64,000 nt of DNA from Opitutia bacterium (GTDB taxonomy: Bacteria; Verrucomicrobiota; Verrucomicrobiia; Opitutales; UBA953): contig CANCHK010000005.1 in the NCBI GenBank assembly GCA_947377865.1, forward strand, positions 3,303 to 67,302, read 5' to 3'. A program made the translations under genes and the position numbers. Under the pieces are notes generated by a model that saw only the letters and a program-made list of their open reading frames with translations, had not been told where the DNA came from and did not search any database. Numbering within the stretch: position 1 is the first letter of the stretch; each line of letters begins with the position of its first letter. This document shows, piece after piece, positions 25,201 through 34,475 of the stretch.

Positions 25201-26176
25201 GTTCGTCGATCGTGTCCACGGGCTGGAAGCCGTGTTCGATCATGCGGAAGTGGCCGGTGCCGAGGGCGGACTCGTTGATTTTTTCCGAAGGGTTGATGCG
25301 CGGGGACTTCAGCAGGTCGCCGGCGAGCTGCTCGCGGACGAACTGGTCGTAGGGGACGTCGGTGTTGAAGGCGCGGATCAGGTAATCGCGGTAGCGCCAG
25401 GCCTGCGGAATGGCCGGATCGCCTTCGCTGCCGTGCGTGTCGGCGTAGCGGACGAGGTCCATCCAGTGGCGGGCGAAGTGTTCGCCGTAGCGAGGCGAAT
25501 CCAGCAGGCGGTCGACGACCTTGGCGAAGGCGTCGGGCGAAGCATCGGCTTCGAAGCTGGCGATCTCGGCGGGCGAGGGCGGCAGGCCCGTCAGGACGTA
25601 GGTCGCCCGACGGATGAGCGTGGCCTTGTCGGCCTGGGCGGACGGCGTGATGCCGGCGGCGGCGATCTTCACGTCGAGGAAGCGGTCGATCGGACTGACG
25701 GAATTGCCGGCAGGGATGGCAGGCGAGGTGATTGGCTGGAAACTCCACCAGTTCTTACGGACTGTCAGGAGGTCGGACCACGCCGGGGTGATCGAGTCTT
25801 CGGGAGCCTTCGTGCGTGGGTCGGGCGCGCCGCGGTTAATCCATTCCGCGAAGTCGGCGATGATCTTCGCGTCGAGCTTAGGACGCTTCTTCGGCATCTG
25901 CAGGGTCTCGTGGGAGTAATCCATGGACTGGATCAGGATGCTCTTCTTGGCGTCGCCTGGGACGATGGCCGCGCCTTCTTCGCCGCCCTTGAGCAAGCCT
26001 TGGCGATAATCGAGGCGGAGGTCGCCTTTCTGCTTCTTAGCGTCGTGGCATTCGTAGCACTCCGCCACGAGCACCGGACGAATCTTCGATTCGAAGAATT
26101 CCAGGTCCGCCGGCTTGAGGTCGGCGGCCGCCAGGGACGAGGTGCCCAGTGCGAGGATGGCGAGCAGGCGGCGCAT
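22268..26176 (-). CDS. giant PSCyt1 (CxxCH) - DUF1549 - LamG-like - DUF1553 protein
   Basis: [18 protein letters not shown]. Central LamG/concanavalin-like block ([15 protein letters not shown]...[17 protein letters not shown]). C-terminal DUF1553-type region. 1302 aa. Confidence 0.9.
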   Translation of the reverse strand: MRRLLAILALGTSSLAAADLKPADLEFFESKIRPVLVAECYECHDAKKQKGDLRLDYRQGLLKGGEEGAAIVPGDAKKSILIQSMDYSHETLQMPKKRPKLDAKIIADFAEWINRGAPDPRTKAPEDSITPAWSDLLTVRKNWWSFQPITSPAIPAGNSVSPIDRFLDVKIAAAGITPSAQADKATLIRRATYVLTGLPPSPAEIASFEADASPDAFAKVVDRLLDSPRYGEHFARHWMDLVRYADTHGSEGDPAIPQAWRYRDYLIRAFNTDVPYDQFVREQLAGDLLKSPRINPSEKINESALGTGHFRMIEHGFQPVDTIDEQVRNVDNQIDVVSKTFLGLTVSCARCHDHKFDAISQADFTAFYGIFASTRPGQVTVDSPALLGQHRDRLTELKQAIRSELATDWIRQAKDIPAALGRIRSSAKERVRLENELAKVEKELSTDDFRRRLKADQSAGPAPSHWWTFEQDGRDLVGKLDAKLNGGAVIKNGRLILDGEKSFAETGATTDTLTAKTVEAWVALPTLDQRGGGVITVESIGGGIFDSLVFAERQKAKWMAGSNNSVRTQNVNGPAETAKPGELIHLAIVYQPDGKIELYRNGQPYGQGYAPANEKAALHTFAQDKSRLLFGRRHTGGGNAFLHGELEEARLYGFALTSTQIADSFKAGTVSGELAPVATKDDKLDGLRAQADELRTKLAALKSADGKLAESFKHEEDPTYPLHAAAFLRAGLKPKEAKAPSSVKADWSLSDGSSAKWLRHGNGMEARFAPGEFRIETSGPDVTKQILPSGLHSHLLSTKHSAVLTSPRFQVTTDFISVQAMGHGATVRLITDNYPIGNSGNRFPKTAINSDRPVWLTLDTAYRKGSSAYLEFTLPDDSTRPEGKEAAAGTYGVRQVVFHAAGAGPAPGEAIVVQAPKLDTVEEVVAALADAASAWGKDAADEAQAALLDAALRHRLLDARSTLTPRLTSSTAEYRKLEAELITPRRAPGLWDDVGFDQPLMVRGDYKKPAAAIPRRYLEAFDSKAFATTGSGRLELAEKIAAPDNPLTARVMTNRLWHYVFGRGLVGTVDNFGRLGDHPTHPELLDYLSKRFVDQKWSVKAQLRELLLTDAFRRSSLPTASALAQDANNDLLSHVRVRRLEGEALRDSLITFAGKMEHRMYGPGDNAIAAPREQVRRSVYLTIKRNTLNPLITTFDGPKPFTTVGRRDATNVPAQSLTLLNNLFVIDAAKQWAATLDRNQPDAAKVDTLFLQALARKASSAEQAAATRYLADLKVNHADKPAMVWQDFAQSVLNLKEFLYLK

Positions 26177-26979
26177 CAGGAAAGGAACGCGCGGGCGATG
26201 CGGTCGGCCTGTGCGCGGATGAACTGGCCGCGTTCGGCCATGGCGGCAGCCGGGAAGCGGCTGGAAGGGCCCGCGATGGTCACGGCGCCGATGGCATGGC
26301 CGTGCTGATCGAGGATGGGCGCGGCGACGCAGTTGATGCCGTCGAAGTGCTCACCCTTGTCCAAGGCGTAGCCAAGGGTGCGGATGCGTTCGATCTCTGT
26401 GGCGAGGTCGCGTTTCGTGACAATCGTCTTCTCCGTGTGCTTCTCGAGCTTCAGGCGGGCGAGAAGGGCGTCCTGTTCGGCGTCGGGGAGGAAGGCCAGC
26501 ATGGCCTTGCCGGGTGCTGTGCAGTGAAGAGGGGCGTGCGAACCGATATCGACGATATACTTGAAAGGGTGGAGGGAGGTCAGCTGGTCGAGCATCACGC
26601 AGCGATCTTCGGCGAGGCAGCAGAGCTGGGTCGTCTCGCCGGTGTGCTGTTGAATGGCGCGCATCGCCTCGATGGCGGCCGCGACCAGGCTGCGGGATTC
26701 GCCGCGCGGCTGGCTGAGCAGGAGAAGCTTACGGGTGAGGGTGTAGCGGCGGGTGACTTCATCGCGACGCAGGTAGCCGGCGTCTTCTAGGGTTCCGGTG
26801 ATGCGGTGGGCGGAAGCCGGCGAGAGGTCGAGGGTGGCGGTCAGCTCGGAGAGCGTCAGTCCTTCGGGGCGATGCGCCAGCGTCTCGATCATCGCGAGGC
26901 CTCGTTCGAGGGCAGGCACGCTCGAGGCGCCGGTTTCGGTCGAGGGTGAGGATAGGCGCTTCGCGGCAGGGGTTTTCAT
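26176..26979 (-). CDS. IclR family transcriptional regulator
   Basis: N-terminal wHTH LERGLAMIETLAHRPEGLTLSELTATLDLSPASAHRITGTLEDAGYL plus a C-terminal effector domain. Its stop overlaps the downstream ATG by 1 nt (TGATG). Confidence 0.85.
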   Translation of the reverse strand: MKTPAAKRLSSPSTETGASSVPALERGLAMIETLAHRPEGLTLSELTATLDLSPASAHRITGTLEDAGYLRRDEVTRRYTLTRKLLLLSQPRGESRSLVAAAIEAMRAIQQHTGETTQLCCLAEDRCVMLDQLTSLHPFKYIVDIGSHAPLHCTAPGKAMLAFLPDAEQDALLARLKLEKHTEKTIVTKRDLATEIERIRTLGYALDKGEHFDGINCVAAPILDQHGHAIGAVTIAGPSSRFPAAAMAERGQFIRAQADRIARAFLS

Positions 26980-26988
26980 ATGCGGAAA

Positions 26989-27008
26989 CTATTCCAAGTA
27001 TGGAATAG
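26989..27008. promoter_or_regulatory. candidate IclR operator upstream of the IclR-led operon
   Basis: ctattcca-agta-tggaatag, a perfect 8-bp inverted repeat 10 nt upstream of the ATG at 26979. Confidence 0.4.
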
Positions 27009-27130
27009 CGGGATTGGCCCGAGTCAAGCCGTCGGGCAGGGGATTGCTTTAAGGACAACCCCTCAGGCGGGCGGGTTCCCTCAAGCCTCCCTTGAGTCCT
27101 GCGATTTCCTATCCGCCACACCTGTCATGG

Positions 27131-27183
27131 GTAGGGCTGACCGGCCCGGTCAGCCGCGGGCGCGCGGGCCGCGCGCCCCTACC
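27131..27183. repeat. compact GTAGGG...CCCTAC REP-like doublet
   Basis: gtaggg-ctgaccg-gcc-cggtcag-ccgcgg-gcgcgcg-ggc-cgcgcgc-ccctacc. Lies 3 nt from the stop at 27187. Confidence 0.75.
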
Positions 27184-27186
27184 TCA

Positions 27187-29217
27187 TTACTCCAATACCT
27201 GAATATGATTAATGCTGGTGAACTGGCGGTGGTCGGTGAACTGGCGGATGAGCTTCTTCTGGGCGTCGATCTCGAAGATCTGGGCGGTGGCGCCGAGGTG
27301 GCCGTGGCCGAGCCAGTTCATGACGAGGGTGTTGCCGTTGGCGAGGCGCTCGACGGAGCTCGCGAGGAAGAGGGGGTTGTCGGTGACTTCGTTGCGGCCG
27401 ACGTTCCAGACGATCTTGCCGGAGCGGTCGATCTCGACGACGCCATCGCCTTCGCCGAGAGCGACGAGCCAGTTGCCGTTGGCGAGTTCGCGGACGTCAT
27501 GGACATCGCCGTTGACGGGCTGCGTGCGGAGGAGTTTGCCGTCGGAGGAAAGTTCGAGGACTGCACGGTCGCCCTTGGCGCTCACGAGGTAGCGTCCGTC
27601 GGCCGTCTTGCGGCAACCACGCATCTGCTCGTGGGTGCGGATGGTCGGCGTCAGGGGGACTTTGAGTTCCTTGGCGATCTTGCCGTCGCGGCCGATCTCG
27701 AGGAGGCGTCCGGGGCCGCATTCGACCACGAGCACGCGTCCGTCGGCCAGCGGCTGGCAGCCCTGGATCTCGACCTTGGCATCGGCGACATATTCCCAGA
27801 CCACGGACTGGTCCGGTTTCACTTCCTTGGCGCCGTGGACGTGGCTGAAGAGCACATTGCCATTAGGTAGGAGCCAGGAGTCTTGCGGGTGTTCGGCGGG
27901 GGTTGACCATTCGATGCGGCCATCGGCAGAGACGATCGCGACCTTGCCACCGACGTAATCGCTGACCAGCAGGCGACGGCCGAAGGGCTTGGGGGCGAGG
28001 CTAGAGAGGGGTCCGGAGACACGGCTACCCATCGCGTTGAGGTTGTTCTTGGCGGACGGGGGCATCGGAGGCTCCCAGCCCTTCGGGGCGCCCGAGTTAA
28101 TCACCGGCTTAAAGGTATTGTCGCCCACGCGGAGGTTGTCCGCGATGATGCCGTTCTGCGAATGGCGCCAGCAATGGATGGCCTCGCCGTCGCTCTTGAT
28201 GACATTTCCGATGACCTCATAGCCATCGAGGTTGAAGTTCGGTTCGATGGACGTCGTCTTGGTATCCATGTAATTGTAGTTACAGCGGAAGTTCCGAATC
28301 TGACCGCGGAAGGAGGGGTGTCCGAGGAGATAGCCGCTGCCGTTCGGATTGATCGTGCGGGTGAACTGTACTGTGATGTTCTCGGCATCAAACGATTCGC
28401 CCGGGCCGACCTTGCCGCCGGGCAGGAACTTGCCCGTGTGTTCGCCGTAGGCCATCACCGAGCGATTCGTGTCGGTCATCGTGATACCGTCGACGAGCAC
28501 ATTGCGGACGCGGCCGTGGGCGAGCACGCAGGCGTTGATATTCTTCACCAGGAAGCCCGGCTGGACGTTGTGGGAGGCGTTCATGTCGATCGTACCCTTG
28601 CCGGTAATGCGGACGCCGGAGATGACGTCGGGCTGGCGGCCGTGGCCGATGCGAATGCCGTAGGCCTCGGGGCCGTCGTAGCTCACGAACCAGACGCTGC
28701 GGACGTTGTGACCAGTCTTGCTGCCGAACTTCACCTTCACGCCGCGGCTGAGCTCCTGCCAATCGCCCGTGATCGGGGTGCGCTTGTGTGAGGTGTCGCC
28801 GAACTTGTCGCCCCAGACGAAGGTGTCGGGTTTCCCGTCCTTGCCTTCGCTGTCGGTGATGATGGTGAATTCGCGGACGCCGCTCAGGTCGTAGTCGCCG
28901 CCGATCTCCAGGTCGTCGAGCTTCTTGCCGGCGTCCTGGTCGGTCGTGATCTCGCCGGCTTTCTCCAGTTTGCAGAAGTCATCGGCCAGCTTGAGCGTCG
29001 CACCGGCCATGAGCTCGATTTCGATGGACTTGTCGACGTACAGAATCGCGCGGTGCTTCGTGAGGCCGTGCTGATGCAATCCAGGCAGGAAGGTCAGCTT
29101 GTCGCCCGGCGCTGCGGCATCGAGGACCGCCTGCGGATCATCGCCCGGCTTAATCTTATGTTCGGCGGCAAAGAGGGAAGTCGCGAGGATGAGGGCGAAG
29201 AGCAGGAAGAGGCGCAT
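27187..29217 (-). CDS. secreted fusion protein: right-handed beta-helix-like N-domain + beta-propeller C-domain
   Basis: Start trimmed to MRLFLLFALILATSLFA. N-half has a beta-helix-like periodicity. C-half has repeated GxVxxxxxDGRIxW / LxNGNxLV propeller-like blades. Domain names are tentative. Confidence 0.7.
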   Translation of the reverse strand: MRLFLLFALILATSLFAAEHKIKPGDDPQAVLDAAAPGDKLTFLPGLHQHGLTKHRAILYVDKSIEIELMAGATLKLADDFCKLEKAGEITTDQDAGKKLDDLEIGGDYDLSGVREFTIITDSEGKDGKPDTFVWGDKFGDTSHKRTPITGDWQELSRGVKVKFGSKTGHNVRSVWFVSYDGPEAYGIRIGHGRQPDVISGVRITGKGTIDMNASHNVQPGFLVKNINACVLAHGRVRNVLVDGITMTDTNRSVMAYGEHTGKFLPGGKVGPGESFDAENITVQFTRTINPNGSGYLLGHPSFRGQIRNFRCNYNYMDTKTTSIEPNFNLDGYEVIGNVIKSDGEAIHCWRHSQNGIIADNLRVGDNTFKPVINSGAPKGWEPPMPPSAKNNLNAMGSRVSGPLSSLAPKPFGRRLLVSDYVGGKVAIVSADGRIEWSTPAEHPQDSWLLPNGNVLFSHVHGAKEVKPDQSVVWEYVADAKVEIQGCQPLADGRVLVVECGPGRLLEIGRDGKIAKELKVPLTPTIRTHEQMRGCRKTADGRYLVSAKGDRAVLELSSDGKLLRTQPVNGDVHDVRELANGNWLVALGEGDGVVEIDRSGKIVWNVGRNEVTDNPLFLASSVERLANGNTLVMNWLGHGHLGATAQIFEIDAQKKLIRQFTDHRQFTSINHIQVLE

Positions 29218-29225
29218 TACAAAGA

Positions 29226-29253
29226 TAGGGGTAGGGGTGGGGGTAGGGGCAGG
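29226..29253 (+). repeat. TAGGGG hexamer array in the leader of 27187-29217
   Basis: taggggtaggggtgggggtaggggcagg, 8 nt from the ATG at 29217. Confidence 0.8.
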
Positions 29254-29337
29254 CAAGTCGCTTAGGATGCCCTGCGGTATCGGATAATGTTTGAGCGGGA
29301 AAAGAGAGAGCCAGCAGGTGGCTGCTAGCTGAATCGA

Positions 29338-29366
29338 CCTACCCCAACCCCTAACCCTACCCCTAT
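29338..29366 (-). repeat. TAGGGG hexamer array, inverted relative to 29226-29253
   Basis: Plus strand reads cctaccccaacccctaaccctacccctat, 2 nt from the stop at 29369. Confidence 0.8.
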
Positions 29367-29368
29367 GC

Positions 29369-30343
29369 TTACTTCACGACCACCCAAACGTTGCGGTAGA
29401 CGACGGGGTTGCCGTGGCCTTGTAGGTAGAAGGGGCCGGCTTCGGGGACTTCGGTCTTGAACGCACCACCGGGAGTCACGCCCTTGAGCTCGAGGTTATC
29501 CTGCACGACCACGCCGTTATGTCGGACCGTGACGAAGGCGCTTCCGGTCTTCTTGCCGTCCTTGTCGAACTTGGCCGCGGTGAAATCAATGTCGTAGGTC
29601 TGCCACTGCAGGGGAGGGAAGCACATGTTTACGCTCGGGGCGCTGTTCTTGTAGATGCCGCCGCACTCGTTATCGAGACCCTTGAGGCCAAAGCTGTCGA
29701 GGACCTGGACTTCGTAGCGGTGCTGCAGGTAGACGCCGCTATTCGCGCGACTCTGTCCGCGACCGAGGGGCTTGAAGGGCAGGAAGAATTCGAGGTGCAG
29801 TTTGAAGTCGGTGAAGGCCTGCTTGGTCTTCGTGTTGGCTTCGAGGAAGCCGCGCGGGTCGATCTTGCCGTCGACGAAAGCGTCGGCGTTCTTGCCGTCA
29901 AAGAGGATCGTGGCGTCCTTCGGAGCGACGAGGCCTTCGGTTGGGCTGTGGCGGATGATGCGCTTAAGGTCGAAGCCAGTGCTCTTAATCGTCACCACAC
30001 CGTCGGCGAGCGTGGCAGAATCGATATTGTCCTTGAACAGGACGGCTTTGCCGTCGCGCTTGCCTTCGACTTCGATCTTCGGTGTGCCATCCCATCCCGC
30101 ACCGGGAAGGCCGCCCTTGAAGAGCACGAGGCGATACTCGCCCTTGCCCAGCGAGATGACGTTCGCGCCCATCTTGATATTGGCGAACTCACCCTGCAGG
30201 CGCGGGTCTTCACCGGCTTCGACTGATTCGGCTTCCGTCAGGTAGACGGGCGGCTCAGGGGGCTTCGGCGCGGCCGGGGTTTTGGCTTTCGGCGCGTCGG
30301 CGGCGAAAAGGGAGGTCGCTAGCAGGAGGGCGAGGAGACGCAT
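29369..30343 (-). CDS. DUF1080 (3-keto-disaccharide hydrolase-like) domain protein
   Basis: Start trimmed to MRLLALLLATSLFA. FTDFKLHLEFF...NSGVYLQHRYEVQVLDS...LQGHGNPVVYRNVWV is the typical DUF1080 pattern. Confidence 0.8.
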   Translation of the reverse strand: MRLLALLLATSLFAADAPKAKTPAAPKPPEPPVYLTEAESVEAGEDPRLQGEFANIKMGANVISLGKGEYRLVLFKGGLPGAGWDGTPKIEVEGKRDGKAVLFKDNIDSATLADGVVTIKSTGFDLKRIIRHSPTEGLVAPKDATILFDGKNADAFVDGKIDPRGFLEANTKTKQAFTDFKLHLEFFLPFKPLGRGQSRANSGVYLQHRYEVQVLDSFGLKGLDNECGGIYKNSAPSVNMCFPPLQWQTYDIDFTAAKFDKDGKKTGSAFVTVRHNGVVVQDNLELKGVTPGGAFKTEVPEAGPFYLQGHGNPVVYRNVWVVVK

Positions 30344-30353
30344 GGGGATGCGT

Positions 30354-31241
30354 TCATTTCTTACCCTTGGGGTCAAGGTTGGCGAGCAGTTCTTCGGGGG
30401 TGACTTTGGATTCCACGCCGATGGCGGGGATGGGTACCTTGGCGGTCCAGAGAATTGCGTTTAAGACCAATTTACGCTGATCGGCGTTGCCCCAGTTCTT
30501 GTGATCGTGGCCGCCGGTGAAGCCGAAGCCACGGCCGCCGTCGGCGCGTTCGGTAGCCCAGGCCACGTGTTGTGGCAGGCGATCCGCCACCTCTTGGCGA
30601 ACCTCCGCGTTGCCGGAGCGAACGCCGTTGGGGAGTTTCAGGTTGGCCGGCGGAATCGCGCTTAGGATCGGGACGACGGACTGCATGCCAGCCTTGAAAC
30701 GCATGTGGAAGTACCATTCGTCGTGCGTCGTGAAAGGGTGGACGCCGTTGGTAATCGGGTGGACGGGGAGCTGGGTGAAGTCGGCCTGCCAGTGCGGGTT
30801 GACGGACCAGAACGGCTCACAGTAGCCGCCCATCCACTCGAGGAATTCAGCGCCACCTTTTTCCTTAAGGACTTCGGTCGCCCAGTGGAGGGTCGCGAAA
30901 CCGCAGCCGCGCTTCATCTGCGTAGCGAGGTGGGAGAGGCGGTCGTTCTGGACGGCTGGGTGAAACGTGTAGCCGTCGGCGTAGATCAGAATCGTGTCGG
31001 CTTGGGCTATCTCGTCGTCGGAGGGCCACTCGCCGTTGAGGTGCGTCTTCACCTCGACCAGGTCGCTGGCGCCTTCGCGTAGGCACTTAGCCAGGAGCAG
31101 CACGCCGGCATTGTGCTCATGTGCCCCAGGGCCGTGGCTTGGCTTGCCGGCAATCATGACAACGAGTTTCTTGTCGGCGGCGAGTAGCGGGAGCTGGAGC
31201 GCCAGCAGGCATAGCAAGATCAGGCGGGCGCACGTATTCAT
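30354..31241 (-). CDS. ThuA domain-containing protein
   Basis: Signal peptide, then KKLVVMIAGKPSHGPGAHEH...ILIYADGY...ATLHWA. Confidence 0.8.
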   Translation of the reverse strand: MNTCARLILLCLLALQLPLLAADKKLVVMIAGKPSHGPGAHEHNAGVLLLAKCLREGASDLVEVKTHLNGEWPSDDEIAQADTILIYADGYTFHPAVQNDRLSHLATQMKRGCGFATLHWATEVLKEKGGAEFLEWMGGYCEPFWSVNPHWQADFTQLPVHPITNGVHPFTTHDEWYFHMRFKAGMQSVVPILSAIPPANLKLPNGVRSGNAEVRQEVADRLPQHVAWATERADGGRGFGFTGGHDHKNWGNADQRKLVLNAILWTAKVPIPAIGVESKVTPEELLANLDPKGKK

Positions 31242-31250
31242 GACGGGAGC

Positions 31251-34160
31251 TTACTTGGGCTCGCTGGTCTGGCGGAGGTAGAGGAAGAGGCTGCGGACGT
31301 CCGGTTCCTCGAGGCCGTTGAGGAGGCCTTCGGGCATGAGAGAATTCGGGCTGACGACGCGAGTCTTGATCTGGTCCTTGGCGATGACCACGGGTGCCGG
31401 GGCGCCCGGGACCTTGAGCGTCAGGGTCGACTCGTTTTCGGCGCTGATGATGCCTGCCTGGAGGGAGCCGTCCTTCAACGTGATGTAGACGAGCTGATAG
31501 TCCTTTCCGATGACGGCGTTAGGATCCATGATGTTCTGCAGCAGGTATTCGAGGTCGGTGTAGCCGCCGGTCAGGTGTGGCCCAATCTCGCCGCCGGTGC
31601 CGAAGAGCTGGTGGCAGAGGCCGCACGAGCCTCGGAAGAGCTCGCGTCCACGTTTGACGTTGGCGTGTAGGATCGCGTCGGTACTCAGAAACTTCTTATA
31701 ACTGGCGATCGCCTTGGCTTTGGCTTGGGTGCTGGCGTTGACCGTACCCCAGTTCTTTTCGAGCCAAGCGTTCATCTTATCGTCATTGAAGCCACGGATC
31801 TTGCTGGCGAGCGGAGCGCTGAGGACGTCCTTCTTGAATTTGCCGGCATCGATCGCGGCGAGCAGCGCGCGGGAGCTGTCAGCGCGTCCTGCGAGGGTAT
31901 TCAGGGCGAGAGAGTGGACGCGCTTGTCCTTGTCTGCGACAAGTTCGATAAGGAGCGGCGCGATGCGGGGATCGTCGAACTGTCCGAGCGCGGGGATCGC
32001 CGCTCCGCGCAAGGCGCCGGCCTTGGCCAGGTTGAGAATGGCGGGCAGAGATTCTTGGTCGTGGATCTGGGCCAGGTTGGCGAGGACGCGGGCGCGCTCA
32101 GGCACGGCGGCCTTGGGGTTGAGCAGGGTGGCGCGGAGTTCGTTCAAGGCGGAGGCGTTACCGAAGGTCACCGCAATCTGGCGAGAGCTGCTGCGCACCT
32201 CGTTAGAGGGGTGCTTGGCAAGTTCGTCGTAGGCCTTGGGCCACGTAGCGGGTTCCTTCAGGCGATTCTGGCCGACGAGGCCATCTTTGATGCCGTTGAG
32301 CAGGGTGGCGCGGAGGTTGTCATCGGCGGCTAGCAGGGCCTGGCTGAGGAGCTCGAGCTGTTCTCCCTTCGCACCGGGTTCGACTGCCGCGGTGGCTAGA
32401 CGGCGAGCGGTGAAGTTCGCGAGTTTGGCGAAGGGGGTCTTCTGGGCGAGGGCCAGGCCGCGGGTCGGGTCGGCGGCTACAGCCGGTTCCAGTGCGTACC
32501 AGAGCAGGAACGGGATATTCTGGTCAGAGACATCCTCCGCATGCTGGGCGAGCGGCTCGAGCCAGCTCCAGCGGTCGGCCAGCGGGAGGCGCTGGGCGGC
32601 GGAGGCGATGCGACGACGCACGACGGGGGAAGGGTCTTTCTGGCTGAGCTGGACGATGCGCTCGTAGAGGCTTGCCGTGGGCTTACCGCCTTCGGTGGCG
32701 CAGGTGATGGCCCAGCCGCGGACGGCGTCGCTCTTGGCTTCAAGCGTGCGGAGGAGGGTGGCTTCGGTGAGGGCGCCCTGAGCTTGCAGCGTCCAGAGGG
32801 CGCGCAGTTGACGGGTGTCGTCGGGGTTCTCGAAGAGGATCTTCTCCAGCGCGGCGGTCGTGGCCGCGTTGGCGCCGCGTTCCTGGAGGAGGCGTCGGGC
32901 GTGGCGGACATACCATTCGTTGGCGTTGAGGTGATGGGCGACCAGTTCGGCGTCGGAGAGCTTCGCGAGGTCGACCTTCACCGGCTTCACGGCATCGGTG
33001 ACGATCTTATAGACGCGTCCGTTGGAGCGGTCGGTGAATTCCTTCTGCTGGTGGCAAGGGACCTTGTCATACCAGTCGTTGATAAAGACGCCGCCATCCG
33101 GACCATACTGCGGGGAGAGGCCGCGGAACCACCGGTCGGAGCTCACGCCGAAATCGATTTTCTTCTCGCTGCGGTAGCCGCTGCCCGTCGGGATCATCGT
33201 CTCGCAGCGCAGCTTGTTCATGTGGATGTCGTGGAAGAAGAACTGATCACGCCATTCGGCCGGGAAGGCTCCGCCGAGGTACACCATCGCGCCGGCGTAG
33301 GCGGCTTTCTCATAGCGACCCCAGGCGATGGTCTTGATGTCTTCGTAGGTATGCGTGTCCGGGTGTGTGCCGGCTTGGCGCTGGTAGCGGGCTCCCTGGA
33401 TGGCGTGCCACATGTGTGGGATGACGCAGGCCTCGAAGAAAGCTTCGCCGTGGTCGTTCCAATCCACGCCCCACTGGTTGCTGCCGCCTTCGCTCCAGCG
33501 TTCGAAGACCTTGCGCGTTGGGTGGAAGCGCCAGACCGCGCCTTCGACGAGGATGCGCTCGCTGTCCGGGGTGCCAGGCTTGCCGACGAGGGAGCGATTG
33601 AAGATGCCGTGCGTGCCGTAGAGCCAGCCGTCCGGGCCCCAGATGAAGTCGTTCAGGGTCTCGTGCGTGTCGTTGCTCGCCCAGCCATCGAGCATGACCT
33701 GCGGTTCGCCGGCGGGCTTGGGTTCATCGCCGTCCTTCATCGGAATGAAGAGTAGGTTGGGCGGAGAGCCGAGCCAGACGCCGCCGACGCCGACGGCGAT
33801 GCCGCTGGAGAACGTGGCCTTGTCCCAGAAGACCGTCTGCTTGTCGAAGGTTCCGGAGCCCTTGGTATCTTCGAGCACCAGGATGCGATCCTTGGCCTCA
33901 CCGGGGCTGGCGGGGTAGTTGGTGTTCTCGACGATCCAGAGGCGGCCGCGGTCATCGATCGTGTAGGCGATGGGCTGGACGATCTTGGGCTCACCGACGA
34001 TCAGCTCGACGCGGAAGCCTGCGGGGACCTTGAGGGCGGCGGCGGTGCCGGCCGGGGAGAGGGCCGGCTCGCTGGCGGTGGGGCGGTTTTTATCGTTGAG
34101 CGGTTCGTACGCCGCGTGGACGAGGGAAGCGCAGAGCGCGAGCGCGAGGAGGTAACGCAT
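31251..34160 (-). CDS. PVC-type heme-binding dehydrogenase-like protein (beta-propeller + HEAT repeats + C-terminal CxxCH)
   Basis: N-terminal glucose/sorbosone-dehydrogenase-like propeller, central HEAT-like helical repeats and C-terminal GSCGLCHQLFGTGGEIGPHLTG. Confidence 0.85.
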   Translation of the reverse strand: MRYLLALALCASLVHAAYEPLNDKNRPTASEPALSPAGTAAALKVPAGFRVELIVGEPKIVQPIAYTIDDRGRLWIVENTNYPASPGEAKDRILVLEDTKGSGTFDKQTVFWDKATFSSGIAVGVGGVWLGSPPNLLFIPMKDGDEPKPAGEPQVMLDGWASNDTHETLNDFIWGPDGWLYGTHGIFNRSLVGKPGTPDSERILVEGAVWRFHPTRKVFERWSEGGSNQWGVDWNDHGEAFFEACVIPHMWHAIQGARYQRQAGTHPDTHTYEDIKTIAWGRYEKAAYAGAMVYLGGAFPAEWRDQFFFHDIHMNKLRCETMIPTGSGYRSEKKIDFGVSSDRWFRGLSPQYGPDGGVFINDWYDKVPCHQQKEFTDRSNGRVYKIVTDAVKPVKVDLAKLSDAELVAHHLNANEWYVRHARRLLQERGANAATTAALEKILFENPDDTRQLRALWTLQAQGALTEATLLRTLEAKSDAVRGWAITCATEGGKPTASLYERIVQLSQKDPSPVVRRRIASAAQRLPLADRWSWLEPLAQHAEDVSDQNIPFLLWYALEPAVAADPTRGLALAQKTPFAKLANFTARRLATAAVEPGAKGEQLELLSQALLAADDNLRATLLNGIKDGLVGQNRLKEPATWPKAYDELAKHPSNEVRSSSRQIAVTFGNASALNELRATLLNPKAAVPERARVLANLAQIHDQESLPAILNLAKAGALRGAAIPALGQFDDPRIAPLLIELVADKDKRVHSLALNTLAGRADSSRALLAAIDAGKFKKDVLSAPLASKIRGFNDDKMNAWLEKNWGTVNASTQAKAKAIASYKKFLSTDAILHANVKRGRELFRGSCGLCHQLFGTGGEIGPHLTGGYTDLEYLLQNIMDPNAVIGKDYQLVYITLKDGSLQAGIISAENESTLTLKVPGAPAPVVIAKDQIKTRVVSPNSLMPEGLLNGLEEPDVRSLFLYLRQTSEPK

Positions 34161-34426
34161 GGGGAGGGGCTAGAGTGGTTGAAGGAGGGAAGAGGCAGCA
34201 AAGCCATAAAGTGTCAGGATTACGACCTGTGTCGTTTCGCTCATACCAGGGGATTAATGAGGGAAGATGAAGCTAATCCAGATGGAGGACTGAGTTGATG
34301 ACTGCGTCGATGGCAGAGGACTGAATCGATGACAGAATCAAATAGCCCATCCATCAGCCGCCGGAAACCAGGTGCTAACTACTTATCTTGCCCTCATGCC
34401 CTCCGGCCTCAGATCCTCGTATCCAA

Positions 34427-34475
34427 CCCTTGTCCCCGTGTCAACGTGGCCACGTGTCCCCTCGCTTCAGGCGAG
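34427..34475 (-). repeat. stop-codon hairpin + tandem 16-mer (CACGTG) element
   Basis: Plus strand reads cccttgtccccgtgtcaacgtggccacgtgtcccctcgc-ttcag-gcgag. The stop of 34467-35924 lies in the hairpin loop. Confidence 0.75.
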
